64,000 nucleotides of DNA from a candidate division WOR_3 bacterium SM23_42 (GCA_001303785.1 LJUJ01000004.1:64845-128844); one strand, 5' to 3'. Numbered from the stretch's first letter, positions 7,417-17,433 are shown. The notes: a model not told the origin generated them from the letters alone. Numbers and translations: made by a program.

Positions 7417-9495
7417 CTAGCCGATGCGCAGCAATTCGGCCCGGTCTGCCAAATTCCTTAAATGTGCCTTGATTACTTCGTTTTCGGGTCGGCTAATATT
7501 GGGATCCGTTTTAATCAATTCGAATGCGTCATCACGTGCTTGGAACAGCAATTCTCGGTCGTACTCGAGGTCACCGACTCTTATGTCTGGCAGGCCATGT
7601 TGTCTCTTGCCAAGAACTTCTCCAGGCCCCCGAAGTCTGATATCCTTCTGGGCAAGTGCAAAACCGTCGTTGTTGCGCTCGAAGAATTTTATGCGTTCAT
7701 ACGTCTCGGGCTGTACATAGCGATTTAAGACAAGAAAGCAGTAAGATTCCTGTGCGCCCCTGCCGATACGGCCTCTCAATTGATGCAATTGGGCAAGGCC
7801 GAAACGTTCAGGGTGTTCGATAAGCATGATCGTCGCATTGGGTATATCGACACCAACTTCGACGACGGTGGTGGCAACGAGGATCTCGATCTTGCCGAGT
7901 CGATATTCGTTCATGATATGCATTCTCTCCTTGGTATTGAGTCGGCCATGAATCACACCCACTGAGAAATTTGGGAAAGCGTCTGTTATCTCTTTAGTAA
8001 CTTCCTGTACAGATTTCAATTCCAGTTTTTCGGATTTCTCAATGATCGGACAAATGACAAAGGCTTGACGGCCTTGGGCCAGGATGTCTCTGATGAAACT
8101 AAATGTGGCCTTCTTATCTTTCTCTTTAACGATTTTTGTTATGACCTCGCCGCGTTTGGGTGGTTTTTCCTTGATTATTGAGATATCCAGATCACCATAC
8201 AAGGTCAGGGCGAGGGTTCTTGGTATGGGTGTGGCCGATAAAACGAGAAAATCCGGATTCACTCCTTTATTCACGAGTGCCGCACGTTGCATTACTCCGA
8301 ACCGGTGTTGCTCGTCGACGACCGCTAGTCCTAGGTTCTTGAAGGTGATGTCTTCTTCGATCAGGGCATGGGTGCCAAGTATTAACTTTGCCGTACCGGA
8401 AGCGATCATGTCGATTACTTCGGTGCGCTCCTTACCTTTTGTGCTACCGGTAAATAAATATGGTGTAACTCCTACGCTCTGTAGCATTTCATGGAGCACG
8501 ATGTAATGCTGTTCGGCAAGTATCTCGGTAGGTGCCATGAGCACCGCTTGATAGCCGTTCTCTATTGCGACCAGTATTGCATAGAGAGCGACCACGGTTT
8601 TCCCTGAACCCACATCTCCTTGCAGCAGCCGATTCATGGGTTTGGGGCGGGCCATATCAGTAACGATTTTCTCTACCGCTTGTGTTTGCCCTTGTGTCAG
8701 TGTGAAGGGAAGTGATTCGCGAAATCTCTTGGTTAATTCTCCATTATCTCTAAATGCGATGCCTGCTTTGCACTGCAGCTTGGCCTTCCGCCTGGCTAGG
8801 ATCAGTTCAAAAAAGAAAAATTCATCATAGACAAGACGTTTGCGCGCGGCATCTGCTTCTTCGAGACTCACGGGAAAATGTAAGGACTGGAGTGCTCTCT
8901 TCAGGGGGGCTAAATGGTTCTTCGCGATTACCGATTCGGGTAGGGTTTCGGCGACATCGCCCAGGCATTCGTCGAGGGCGATCCTTACTGCTCGGCGAAT
9001 GTCCCATATGCTTAACCCCTCGGTAAGTGGATAAATAGGAAATACCGAACCCCGCTTCTTCTGTGATATTTCCTCCTCGCCGATCAATTCATACAAAGGA
9101 TTGACGAATTGTTGACGACGGTAAAAACTGACCTTGCCGGATACCAGCAACCAATCACCCCTTTTGAATTTATTCTTCAAGTCCGGTCGGTTGAACCATT
9201 TCAGGACTACAGACCCAGTTTCGTCGCGTAGTACAACGTTGACGAGGCTCATGTGTTTTCTTGTCCGGCGTGCTTCGACCAGTTGTGCCTTACCAATGAC
9301 GGTTGCCTGGTCATTTATTCTTATGTCCGCGATCTTGGATACTGTTGAATGGTCGACGTATCTTCGTGCGACCAGGTGAATTAGATCGTCCACCGTTGTG
9401 ACGCCGACTTTTTCGAAGTATCGTGAACGTTTCGGCCCGATACCTTTGATATACTGAACCGGGCTATCGAGACGGAGAAATGTTTTCTTGGTCAC
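7417..9495 (-). CDS. recG: ATP-dependent DNA helicase RecG
   Basis: 692 aa. N-terminal wedge domain. Helicase motifs GDVGSGKTVVA, DEQHRFG and a C-terminal helicase domain. Start overlaps the upstream pilT stop by 1 nt. Confidence 0.95.
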   Translation of the reverse strand: MTKKTFLRLDSPVQYIKGIGPKRSRYFEKVGVTTVDDLIHLVARRYVDHSTVSKIADIRINDQATVIGKAQLVEARRTRKHMSLVNVVLRDETGSVVLKWFNRPDLKNKFKRGDWLLVSGKVSFYRRQQFVNPLYELIGEEEISQKKRGSVFPIYPLTEGLSIWDIRRAVRIALDECLGDVAETLPESVIAKNHLAPLKRALQSLHFPVSLEEADAARKRLVYDEFFFFELILARRKAKLQCKAGIAFRDNGELTKRFRESLPFTLTQGQTQAVEKIVTDMARPKPMNRLLQGDVGSGKTVVALYAILVAIENGYQAVLMAPTEILAEQHYIVLHEMLQSVGVTPYLFTGSTKGKERTEVIDMIASGTAKLILGTHALIEEDITFKNLGLAVVDEQHRFGVMQRAALVNKGVNPDFLVLSATPIPRTLALTLYGDLDISIIKEKPPKRGEVITKIVKEKDKKATFSFIRDILAQGRQAFVICPIIEKSEKLELKSVQEVTKEITDAFPNFSVGVIHGRLNTKERMHIMNEYRLGKIEILVATTVVEVGVDIPNATIMLIEHPERFGLAQLHQLRGRIGRGAQESYCFLVLNRYVQPETYERIKFFERNNDGFALAQKDIRLRGPGEVLGKRQHGLPDIRVGDLEYDRELLFQARDDAFELIKTDPNISRPENEVIKAHLRNLADRAELLRIG

Positions 9496-10565
9496 TATGT
9501 TTTCGAAAGATGTTCAAGTTCCTTGTGAAAGGTGTCAGGTTTTAAGGCCTTACGCAGTGCCTCCTCTTTTGTTGTAATTCTTCTTTTTACCAATTTTGCC
9601 AGGCAGGCGTCAAATGCAATCATGCCTTGTTGTCGTTGAGTTTGTAGTATCGATCCGATCTGGTAAGTCTTGGCTTCACGGATCAAGTGTCTCACTGAAG
9701 GTGTCGCAATTAGTATTTCATATGCTGCAACTCTTCCCGTACCATCGGCACGCTTCAGAAGATTCTGTGATACTACACAGAGTAAATTCAATGAGAGTTG
9801 CATCCTGATCTGTCCCTGCTGATGAGGAGGGAAAACGTCGATCATACGGTCGATGGTTGATACGGAATCCGAAGTATGCAGGGTTGTGACCACAACGTGT
9901 CCAGTTTCCGCAGCCGTGACTGCGAGCGAAATTGTCTCAAGGTCTCTCATTTCACCGACGAGAATCACATCTGGGTCTTGACGTAAAACAAATTTAAGAG
10001 CATTGGCAAAGGAGTGCGTATCGCGCCCAACCTCACGCTGGGTGACCAACGCCATTTTGTTCTCTTGAATGAATTCTATGGGGTCTTCAACGGTGACAAT
10101 GTGGCATTTGTCATTTTCGTTGCGGTGGTTGATCAGTGCAGCCTGAGTGGTCGACTTACCACAGCCAGAAGGTCCAGTGACGATAATCAGACCACGCGGT
10201 CGCAGCATGATACTTTTTAGAATTGCTGGGAATCTTAAATCGTCGAGCGTAGGCACGTGTGCGGGGATCGATCTGAGCACCATGCCCGACGCGCCCTGTT
10301 GGCGAAACACGTTAACACGAAAACGGGCGACACTAGGTTCTTCGTATGACAGGTCGATTTCTTTAAGCGATTGGAATTCGTCGAGTTGACCTTTGGTGAG
10401 TATTGCCGAGATGCCCGATTCGATGTCCGCGGCGGTCATGGGCGTTGAATCCAATGTTACAAGGTCACCATTTATGCGCACGGTTGCGGGCGTGCCTACC
10501 TTAAGGATAAGATCAGAAGCACCTTTATCAATCTGCGTTCTCATCAATTCATGGATTCTTGCCAT
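9495..10565 (-). CDS. pilT: type IV pilus twitching-motility ATPase PilT
   Basis: Walker A GPSGCGKSTT, Walker B DVILVGEMRD, His box VVTTLHT. PSVRHLIRE matches the AIRNLIRE-type motif. Confidence 0.9.
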   Translation of the reverse strand: MARIHELMRTQIDKGASDLILKVGTPATVRINGDLVTLDSTPMTAADIESGISAILTKGQLDEFQSLKEIDLSYEEPSVARFRVNVFRQQGASGMVLRSIPAHVPTLDDLRFPAILKSIMLRPRGLIIVTGPSGCGKSTTQAALINHRNENDKCHIVTVEDPIEFIQENKMALVTQREVGRDTHSFANALKFVLRQDPDVILVGEMRDLETISLAVTAAETGHVVVTTLHTSDSVSTIDRMIDVFPPHQQGQIRMQLSLNLLCVVSQNLLKRADGTGRVAAYEILIATPSVRHLIREAKTYQIGSILQTQRQQGMIAFDACLAKLVKRRITTKEEALRKALKPDTFHKELEHLSKT

Positions 10566-10566
10566 G

Positions 10567-11631
10567 CTACATTATCCTTTCGAATTCCTCGGGATGAGAG
10601 GAATGAGCAACTGCTTCCTCGAAATCGATTAATCCCTTGCGAAACATATTTTTCAAGCATTGATCCATCGTGATCATACCCATGCGTGAACCGGTCTGAA
10701 TCGCGGTGAAAATCTGGTGTGTCTTGGCTTCGCGGATGGCGCTTCTGATTGCCGGTGTGCAAATCATGACCTCGAACGCGGGGATTCGGCCGGCATCGTT
10801 TTTTCTGCGCAGTAGTGTTTCGGTAATAACCGCCTGTAAGGTCATCGAGAGCTGCAGGCGAATCTGTGATTGATGGGAAGGTGGGAAGACGTCGATGATC
10901 CTGTCGACTGTCTGTACTGCATCTATGGTATGTAATGTTGAGAAAACGAGATGCCCAGTTTCCGCGGCGGTGATGGTTTCGGCTACGGTCTCGAGATCAC
11001 GCATCTCGCCGACAAGAATGATGTCAGGGTTCTGTCTGATAACTCTACGCAGGGCCTCACTGTAAGAATTCGTGTCGATGCCTACCTCTCGCTGCTCGAT
11101 GATTGAGTTTTTATCGCGGTGTAAGAATTCTATGGGGTCTTCGACGGTTATCACATGCTTTCTCGTATTTTGGTTGATGTGTTCAAGGATTGCTGCCAAG
11201 GTTGTTGATTTGCCGCTTCCGGTCGGACCGGTCACTAGTACTAAACCCCGAGGTAATTCTGCGATTTTCTTAAAAACATCGGGGAGATTTAATTCGTCAA
11301 TTGTCTTAATCTTGAGCGGTATAGTACGCATTACCGCGCCGATATGGTTCATTTCTTTGAAACAATTGACCCTAAATCGCGCGACCCCTGAGATTTCATA
11401 GGCCATATCAAATTCTAGATTTTCCTCGAACGCCTTTTTCTGGACCGGGCTCATCATGCCGAAGATGAGTGTCTCCAGGTCTCGATCATCGAGTTTCGTG
11501 TTTTCTGTTTTGACTAAGCTGCCAGCGATGCGATATATCGGCGGTTCACCGTACCGCAGGTGCAAGTCAGACCCTTCCTGCAAAACAAGCTGCTCCAGGA
11601 GGGCATCGAGGTCGACTCTTGGGTTCGTCAT
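10567..11631 (-). CDS. pilT: type IV pilus twitching-motility ATPase PilT
   Basis: Walker A GPTGSGKSTT, Walker B DIILVGEMRD, His box LVFSTLHT. PAIRSAIRE is AIRNLIRE-like. Tandem with the next pilT, with a 1-nt gap. Confidence 0.9.
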   Translation of the reverse strand: MTNPRVDLDALLEQLVLQEGSDLHLRYGEPPIYRIAGSLVKTENTKLDDRDLETLIFGMMSPVQKKAFEENLEFDMAYEISGVARFRVNCFKEMNHIGAVMRTIPLKIKTIDELNLPDVFKKIAELPRGLVLVTGPTGSGKSTTLAAILEHINQNTRKHVITVEDPIEFLHRDKNSIIEQREVGIDTNSYSEALRRVIRQNPDIILVGEMRDLETVAETITAAETGHLVFSTLHTIDAVQTVDRIIDVFPPSHQSQIRLQLSMTLQAVITETLLRRKNDAGRIPAFEVMICTPAIRSAIREAKTHQIFTAIQTGSRMGMITMDQCLKNMFRKGLIDFEEAVAHSSHPEEFERIM

Positions 11632-11844
11632 GCGCTCCGAATCCCCGATTTGCTTGAGTTGTCTCTCAAAATCGTAGAATTAAAGTATCCGTCCATATCG
11701 AAATTTCCTTTAGTTATATAGCTGCTTCGTTCCATATTCAACTTGAGTTATTCAAGAATAATAGTCAATACTGCGTTATTTGTCAAGAAAAATATCCGGA
11801 ATACAGGTTGTCCCTCGGTCAAATGAGACGGGGTGTTCGTAATG

Positions 11845-13155
11845 TTAATACGCCATTTTGGTCCGCGACACCGAGAGACATACGCCGATAGCCATGAAGC
11901 ATGAGAGCAATGCGGAACCACCATAGCTAATGAATGGCAAGGGTACTCCTGTGACCGGTAGCAGACCCATGGTTACGCCGAGATTGACAAAGGTCTGGTA
12001 TCCAATCCATGTCATCACACCGCTGACAAATATACCCGAGAATCGGTTCCTTGTTTCTTTTGCCAGCACGAGTAAGCGGTATGTCAGATATCCATAAATC
12101 GCGATGACGATGATGATTCCGATCAGACCGAATTCCTCACCCAGACACGAGAATATGAAATCTGTATGACGCTCGGGTAAGAATTCAAGTTTTTTCTGCG
12201 TGCCTGAGAGAAATCCTTTGCCGAAAAACCGCCCCGAGCCAATGGCGATTTTTGACTGGATGATCTGCCAAGACATTCCTTGGGGGTCTACCCAAGGCGA
12301 GAAGAATGAAACGATTCTCTTTTGCTGGTACACTTTGAGGGAATTCCAGACCAGGGGCATGATGAGTCCTACTAATGAATTGCTAACCAGCCCATATATT
12401 AGATCGGTAAGTTGCTTTCTGAAATACAACACAATAAGCAGAAGTACCATATAGATAGCCCAGACGTAGATTGAAAAACTCGCGGCCGCCGAAATTATGG
12501 GTGAGAAGAGAATGAGAATTTTGAGCCCGGACATTCCAGCCCAATAGCTCATAACGATCAATATCGGCAAGAAGATCTGCGCCGCACCTAGGTCTGGTTC
12601 GACAAAGATTAGTAACGCAGGTAAACCAGCAATGACAATCGGTGCAAGCATATCAGAGAAGCTCTGGAGTTTTTTCTTGGTCGCCAAATAATTCGCGAGC
12701 ATGAGGACGGTGGCGAACTTCGCAAACTCGGATGGTTGTATGGAGAATTCACCCAGTCGAATCCATCGCTTCGGATACACATCGCTCTTGAGGAGAATGA
12801 TGAAGATCAGAAAGATTGATGCAAGGTAGATGAGCGGTGTTAGATTAGCCCAGATGCGGGGTGAAATTCTGGAGAAGACCAGAGCAACGAAAACACTGAA
12901 TACGAGCCAGACGATTTGCCGGGCCATTAGTGCCGAGCCTGCGGTCGAATATATCATCATGACGCCGAGTAGCGAAAGGGCGCCTACCGCCGTGATGATG
13001 CTGAGATCAATCTTCTTGAACACTGGTGCCTTGCTGGAGCACAGCCGCGATCTCGTGTTGCCTTTTTGAATTAAGATACGATTTGATGATTTTACCGGTA
13101 ATCGGAGCGGCCACGCTTGCCCCGTGGCCGGCATTCTCAGCGATAAGGCACACAA
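11845..13155 (-). CDS. rodA: SEDS-family peptidoglycan glycosyltransferase RodA
   Basis: About 10 transmembrane segments with FtsW/RodA signature regions (ILILFSPIIS..., GSGRFFGKGFLSGTQKKLEFLPERHTDFIF). Directly downstream of PBP2. The first ~44 codons overlap mrdA; a GTG at 13023 (V45) is the likelier start, so true extent is probably 11845..13023. Confidence 0.8.
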   Translation of the reverse strand: MCALSLRMPATGQAWPLRLPVKSSNRILIQKGNTRSRLCSSKAPVFKKIDLSIITAVGALSLLGVMMIYSTAGSALMARQIVWLVFSVFVALVFSRISPRIWANLTPLIYLASIFLIFIILLKSDVYPKRWIRLGEFSIQPSEFAKFATVLMLANYLATKKKLQSFSDMLAPIVIAGLPALLIFVEPDLGAAQIFLPILIVMSYWAGMSGLKILILFSPIISAAASFSIYVWAIYMVLLLIVLYFRKQLTDLIYGLVSNSLVGLIMPLVWNSLKVYQQKRIVSFFSPWVDPQGMSWQIIQSKIAIGSGRFFGKGFLSGTQKKLEFLPERHTDFIFSCLGEEFGLIGIIIVIAIYGYLTYRLLVLAKETRNRFSGIFVSGVMTWIGYQTFVNLGVTMGLLPVTGVPLPFISYGGSALLSCFMAIGVCLSVSRTKMAY

Positions 13156-14758
13156 GTATCACTGGGTCGGCTGCCGGTGCATAGCCAACAAAAAGCGAGT
13201 GGTCTTCACCGTGCGGATTCTGACTCGTCCCGGTCTTGCCGCACACCTCAACGTTGGGGACCCGAGCCAGCGTGCCAGTACCGCGGGCAACGACGCCGGC
13301 GAGTGCTTCTTTCACGATGTCTATTGCCTCACTAGATACGTCCTTGGTGGAGTATGTTGTGTCAGGTTTCTCTATGACATGTGGGATGGGTATTTTCCCC
13401 TTGTTGGCAAAAAGTGTGTAGGCACAAGCGAGCTGGAGTGGGGTTACGAGGAGGTCACCTTGACCGATGCTCAGATTGAATATGTGCCCGGTGGTCCAGT
13501 TGCTGCCATAGCGTGCCTCAAACCACTTACGGTCAGGAAGCAATCCTTGTTTCTCGTTGGGCAGGTCGATACCTGTTTTCTTGCCAAAACCTATTCTGCT
13601 TGCGCGGTCAAAGAGCGTATCGATGCCAATAAACCTACCCAGCTGATAGAAATAGATGTCGCAGGAATGGACGATTGCCCCGTGTAGATCCAGGCTCCCA
13701 TGTTTTTTCCAACACTTGAAGATACGCCGGCCGAGTCGGTACTCACCCGCACACCAGTCAAATCGTTGTTTTTCATTTATGAGCTTTGAGTCGAGTGCAG
13801 CAAGGGCAACGAACGGCTTGAATGTTGAGCCACATGGATAGCAGCTCATGATGGCACGATTATACATTGGTGCATTCGGGTCTTTGTGTAGAATATCCCA
13901 TTCAAGCTTCTGTATACCGTGGGTGAAGAGGTTTGGGTCGAAGCCCGGTTTCGAGTAGAGCACTAAGATTTCTCCGCTCTGAGGGTTGAGACATACACAA
14001 GCTGCCTTTTCGTAATCTTCAAGATAGACGGCCACCGATTCGCTTAGGGAGATGTCTACGGTTGTAAGAAGATCTTCACCCGCGGTCGGCGGGATGCTTC
14101 TCTTCTCGGTTATTTTGCCTACCTCCTTGCCGCGGGCATCTACCTCCACATATTCTACGCCCCGGATGCCTTTAAGCATACCTTCGTAATATTCTTCGAG
14201 TCCCATCTTGCCGATATAGTCACCGATGGAATACGTCTTGTCACTTTCTAACTCTCTATCCGTAATTTCACCAACATAGCCGATGAGGTGAAAGAGCAAT
14301 TCTCCATAAGGATAATTTCTCAACGGCTCGACGCCTACTTCAACACCACTTAAGACATCAATGCGTTCTTCGATCAGTGACAGCTGCTCGTACGAGATGT
14401 CATGAGCGATTTTCACCGGGTTATAAGGATTTTTCTCGATTTTGCTTTTTTCGATGATCGTCGCGCCGTCTGTGTCGAGGATGCTCGACAGCCGTTCGAG
14501 GGTAGTTGAGTCGATTGCCGCTCTGACGACTGATACATAGAAACCAGGTCTTGTATTAGCGATTTCCACCCCGTTGCGATCGAAGATTCTACCGCGTGGT
14601 GCCGCGACATATTTCATCCGGATACGGTTCTTTTCAGATAAACGGGAGTATTTCTTGCCTTCAAATACTTGCAGTTTAATCGACCATATTATTATTACAG
14701 CTGCTAGCAGTACAACTACGTTACGGATGATTTTGAATTTTATTAACTTCTCATCCAT
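13007..14758 (-). CDS. mrdA: penicillin-binding protein 2 (elongasome transpeptidase)
   Basis: 583 aa. N-terminal TM anchor, PBP dimerisation domain, and transpeptidase motifs STFK (SXXK), SCD/SxN-like and KTGT. Confidence 0.9.
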   Translation of the reverse strand: MDEKLIKFKIIRNVVVLLAAVIIIWSIKLQVFEGKKYSRLSEKNRIRMKYVAAPRGRIFDRNGVEIANTRPGFYVSVVRAAIDSTTLERLSSILDTDGATIIEKSKIEKNPYNPVKIAHDISYEQLSLIEERIDVLSGVEVGVEPLRNYPYGELLFHLIGYVGEITDRELESDKTYSIGDYIGKMGLEEYYEGMLKGIRGVEYVEVDARGKEVGKITEKRSIPPTAGEDLLTTVDISLSESVAVYLEDYEKAACVCLNPQSGEILVLYSKPGFDPNLFTHGIQKLEWDILHKDPNAPMYNRAIMSCYPCGSTFKPFVALAALDSKLINEKQRFDWCAGEYRLGRRIFKCWKKHGSLDLHGAIVHSCDIYFYQLGRFIGIDTLFDRASRIGFGKKTGIDLPNEKQGLLPDRKWFEARYGSNWTTGHIFNLSIGQGDLLVTPLQLACAYTLFANKGKIPIPHVIEKPDTTYSTKDVSSEAIDIVKEALAGVVARGTGTLARVPNVEVCGKTGTSQNPHGEDHSLFVGYAPAADPVILVCLIAENAGHGASVAAPITGKIIKSYLNSKRQHEIAAVLQQGTSVQED

Positions 14759-15165
14759 ACGCCGAAATTGATCTTATTTAGAACTAGAATGGTTGGAAAA
14801 AATGCGAGAATTGCATAGCCGATTTGTGTAAAGCTGATCGGCGAGGATAAGATGATGTTTGTTACAGCTAATTTGCTGAGAAAAAAAACGATAAAAGTGG
14901 TAAAAGTCGTTAGGGGATTCAGTACCAGATACTTCTTGAGATAGAGCAGCGATTGCGTGAAAACAATATAGATTAGTGTGTTGATTCCGAGTCGGATAGG
15001 GTAGTAGAGGTCAAACAGCAGCCCGGCGATGGAGGAGAAGACTAGTGCGAATCGTTCATCTTCGTGTATGATGATGAAGAAGACTATTGCTGTTACGATA
15101 TCCACAAATGCACTGAACGGCAGCACAACATAGAGGGCAACGAAATACACCAAGTATCGTATCAT
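14743..15165 (-). CDS. mreD: rod shape-determining protein MreD (small polytopic membrane protein)
   Basis: 140 aa with 4-5 hydrophobic helices. Position between mreC and mrdA is the conserved mre operon order. Assignment is by context. Confidence 0.55.
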   Translation of the reverse strand: MIRYLVYFVALYVVLPFSAFVDIVTAIVFFIIIHEDERFALVFSSIAGLLFDLYYPIRLGINTLIYIVFTQSLLYLKKYLVLNPLTTFTTFIVFFLSKLAVTNIILSSPISFTQIGYAILAFFPTILVLNKINFGVWMRS

Positions 15166-15926
15166 GGCTGGTTGATCGTATGGGATTCGTGCTCGTTAAG
15201 TATCAAGTATAAGGAAACAAGGCGATTCACCTGTACCGCGGGCGTAACGTACACATGCTTGAAGAATAGGTCCTCTGATTCCGAAATTCTATGAACCGTG
15301 CCGATTAGTATGCCCTTTGGAAAAAACTCGCTCATGCCTGAGGTTTGTATGGAATCACCAACATTAATTCTGTCCGTGTGACGGATATAATCAAACATGA
15401 GGTTTTTTTGACTCTTGATGACCCCATGAATGCTTGTATTGATGTCGAGGGCACTGACCGAAAAACCGTTGTTTTCGATGGTTTCGACGATGCTGCTCGT
15501 CGGTCCAGCATGTCTGATTTTGCCAACAAAACCATCAACGGCTATTACCGGTTGATTCATGGCGACACCATTTTCAGCACCCTTATCGATGTATAAATAG
15601 CCATTTATGTTGAGGGGATCACGGCCGATGACCGAGGCCTTTAGCAATCTCAGGTCCTGGGATTGCATGTTAGTAGTATCAAGATTGAATCGGTCGCGCA
15701 GCTGGGCATTCTCCAACTTCAGTTGATTGACCAGGATTTCAAGTTTTTCGATTCGAACTTTGGAGATTGCCAAATATTCCAGTATGTTTGTCGTGATTTT
15801 TATGGGAACAAGCAGAAATGATGATAGCGTGCGTGACAAAACGACATTAGCATTTTTGTGCAGAAAGACCGGTACTGCGGATGCGATGAGCAAAAAAAGG
15901 AAGAGTATTATCTGCTGACGGCGCAA
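15162..15926 (-). CDS. mreC: rod shape-determining protein MreC
   Basis: N-terminal TM, then coiled coil (LENAQLRDRFNLD) and a C-terminal beta-domain (VIAVDGFVGKI..., GDSIQTSGMSEFFPKGILIGTV). Confidence 0.8.
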   Translation of the reverse strand: MRRQQIILFLFLLIASAVPVFLHKNANVVLSRTLSSFLLVPIKITTNILEYLAISKVRIEKLEILVNQLKLENAQLRDRFNLDTTNMQSQDLRLLKASVIGRDPLNINGYLYIDKGAENGVAMNQPVIAVDGFVGKIRHAGPTSSIVETIENNGFSVSALDINTSIHGVIKSQKNLMFDYIRHTDRINVGDSIQTSGMSEFFPKGILIGTVHRISESEDLFFKHVYVTPAVQVNRLVSLYLILNEHESHTINQP

Positions 15927-16982
15927 CTATGCTCTCTTCATAGTGTATATTACTTTTTCGTACTTGTTCAGATCTTCAAGAATCTTTCCTGCCCCTATGA
16001 CAACCACTTTGTTTGGCTCATCGGCAATCGTCACAGGCAGATTGGTTTCTTCCCTGACTAGGGTATCGACTCCTCTTAGTAATGAACCGCCACCCGCCAT
16101 GTAGATGCCGTTGTTTACGATATCCGCGGCTAATTCTGGAGGCGTTTTCTCCAAGGTGAGGCGTATCGTTTCGGTAATCATTGACAAGGGTTCTTGTATT
16201 GCTTCTCTAACTTCGTGACTGGTGAGTTTAACCGTTTTAGGAATACCTGATACCAGATCTCTTCCCTTCACCTCGAGCGCTTTTTCTTCGACGGTTGGAA
16301 ATGCATTACCAATGGCGATTTTTATGGTTTCTGCGGATTGTTCGCCGATGATTAGATTATAGTTTTTCTTGATATATTGAACGATGGCGTCATCCATTTC
16401 GTCACCGGCGATACGAATCGAGCTATTCGTTACGATCCCGGAAAGCGCAATAACGGCTATTTCCGTCGTACCGCCCCCAATATCTATTATCATGTTGCCA
16501 GTTGGTGAATGTACTGGTAAGCCAATGCCGATCGCCGCTGAGATGGGTTCTGGAACCAAGAAGACCTCGCGCGCACCAGCGGCTTCTGCAGAATCGCGGA
16601 CCGCTCTTTTCTCAACCTCGGTGATGCCGGACGGTACGCAGATAAGCACGCGAGGCCGCATCAAGAGCCGTTTCTTTTGAACCTTCTCGATGAAGATTCG
16701 CAGTAATAGTTCAACCATTTCGAAGTCGGCAATGACACCGTCTTTCATCGGTCTTATTGCTTTTATTTCATTGGGTGTTCTGCCGAGCATCTGCTTTGCC
16801 TCGTCGCCGATGGCGAGACATCGCTTGGTCTTCGTGTCTATGGCGACGACGGTTGGTTCATCGAGCACTATCCCGCGGCTGTTGATATATATCAAAGTCG
16901 TACGTGTTCCGAGGTCGATTGCTATATCGCTCAAGAACTGGCTCTTAATACTTCGAAATAATGAAAATATGTTGAATGCCAC
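15927..16982 (-). CDS. mreB: rod shape-determining actin homolog MreB
   Basis: 351 aa. DIAIDLGTRTTLIY, actin-fold phosphate-1/2 and adenosine motifs (IDIGGGTTEIAVI, MAGGGSLLRG). Confidence 0.95.
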   Translation of the reverse strand: MAFNIFSLFRSIKSQFLSDIAIDLGTRTTLIYINSRGIVLDEPTVVAIDTKTKRCLAIGDEAKQMLGRTPNEIKAIRPMKDGVIADFEMVELLLRIFIEKVQKKRLLMRPRVLICVPSGITEVEKRAVRDSAEAAGAREVFLVPEPISAAIGIGLPVHSPTGNMIIDIGGGTTEIAVIALSGIVTNSSIRIAGDEMDDAIVQYIKKNYNLIIGEQSAETIKIAIGNAFPTVEEKALEVKGRDLVSGIPKTVKLTSHEVREAIQEPLSMITETIRLTLEKTPPELAADIVNNGIYMAGGGSLLRGVDTLVREETNLPVTIADEPNKVVVIGAGKILEDLNKYEKVIYTMKRA

Positions 16983-17053
16983 TTATGTGCCTCCTTTGTT
17001 AGTAAAATGATATGTAGTTTTCTCTGAAAGTCAAGGCAAAAGTGGTAGGTAGA

Positions 17054-17081
17054 TTGACAAAGCGTGTTTGATGTGTACAAT
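17054..17081 (+). promoter_or_regulatory. sigma-70-type promoter (TTGACA-N16-TACAAT) for the small basic ORF
   Basis: TTGACA at 17054-17059, TACAAT at 17076-17081. SD GGAGAAGGAGG at 17082-17092, ATG at 17099. Confidence 0.4.
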
Positions 17082-17098
17082 GGAGAAGGAGGTTCAGC

Positions 17099-17269
17099 AT
17101 GAAAGAGCAGAGAAAAAAGGGTGAGCGACGAAAAAAGGAGAGACGCAAACTCCTGACGGAAAAGCAATTTCGTAAGCTTATCGAGGAGGGTAAGGTATCT
17201 AAATATGACGAAAGAGTATGGAAAAAGAGGCGCAAGACAAAGAGGCGTAGGAAGCAGATGGGTGTATAG
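17099..17269 (+). CDS. small (56 aa) highly basic Lys/Arg-rich protein, not in the ORF track
   Basis: ATG 7 nt after a strong SD (GGAGAAGGAGG) and behind a consensus promoter. Translation: MKEQRKKGERRKKERRKLLTEKQFRKLIEEGKVSKYDERVWKKRRKTKRRRKQMGV. Below the 60-aa cutoff of the supplied track. The opposite-strand ORFs 16999..17328 and 16931..17167 are considered spurious. Confidence 0.45.
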   Translation: MKEQRKKGERRKKERRKLLTEKQFRKLIEEGKVSKYDERVWKKRRKTKRRRKQMGV

Positions 17270-17321
17270 CGGATGATACGCATGTGCCTTGGGATATGCT
17301 CGGAATTGCGTGACAAAGACA

Positions 17322-17349
17322 TTGACATGCTATCTTATATGGGTATAAT
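17322..17349 (+). promoter_or_regulatory. sigma-70-type promoter (TTGACA-N16-TATAAT) upstream of the HU/IHF gene
   Basis: TTGACA at 17322-17327, TATAAT at 17344-17349. About 85-nt leader. AGGAGG SD before the ATG at 17434. Confidence 0.4.
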
Positions 17350-17433
17350 ACGCTGTTACTGTTCAGGTGTGTTGTTTTCAGCTCGGGGCAGTTTTATATT
17401 TCAAATATAAGGGTATATTGACAGCAAGGAGGA

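Noticed and set aside
2028-11631. Many 60-140 aa ORFs antisense to accC, pilT, recG and others (e.g. 2210..2425, 4049..4345, 8084..8506, 10147..10389)
   Set aside because: Each is embedded in, and antisense to, a strongly supported conserved gene. No independent signals.
11845-13155. Possible frameshift or pseudogene signal from the 148-nt overlap of the rodA and mrdA ORFs
   Set aside because: A GTG at 13023 (V45) gives a RodA of normal length with a first TM helix. The long overlap is an artefact of extending to the first upstream start.
16931-17328. Minus-strand ORFs of 78 and 109 aa in the mreB-HU spacer
   Set aside because: No RBS and odd composition. The + strand here carries a much better supported 56-aa ORF with consensus promoter and SD.
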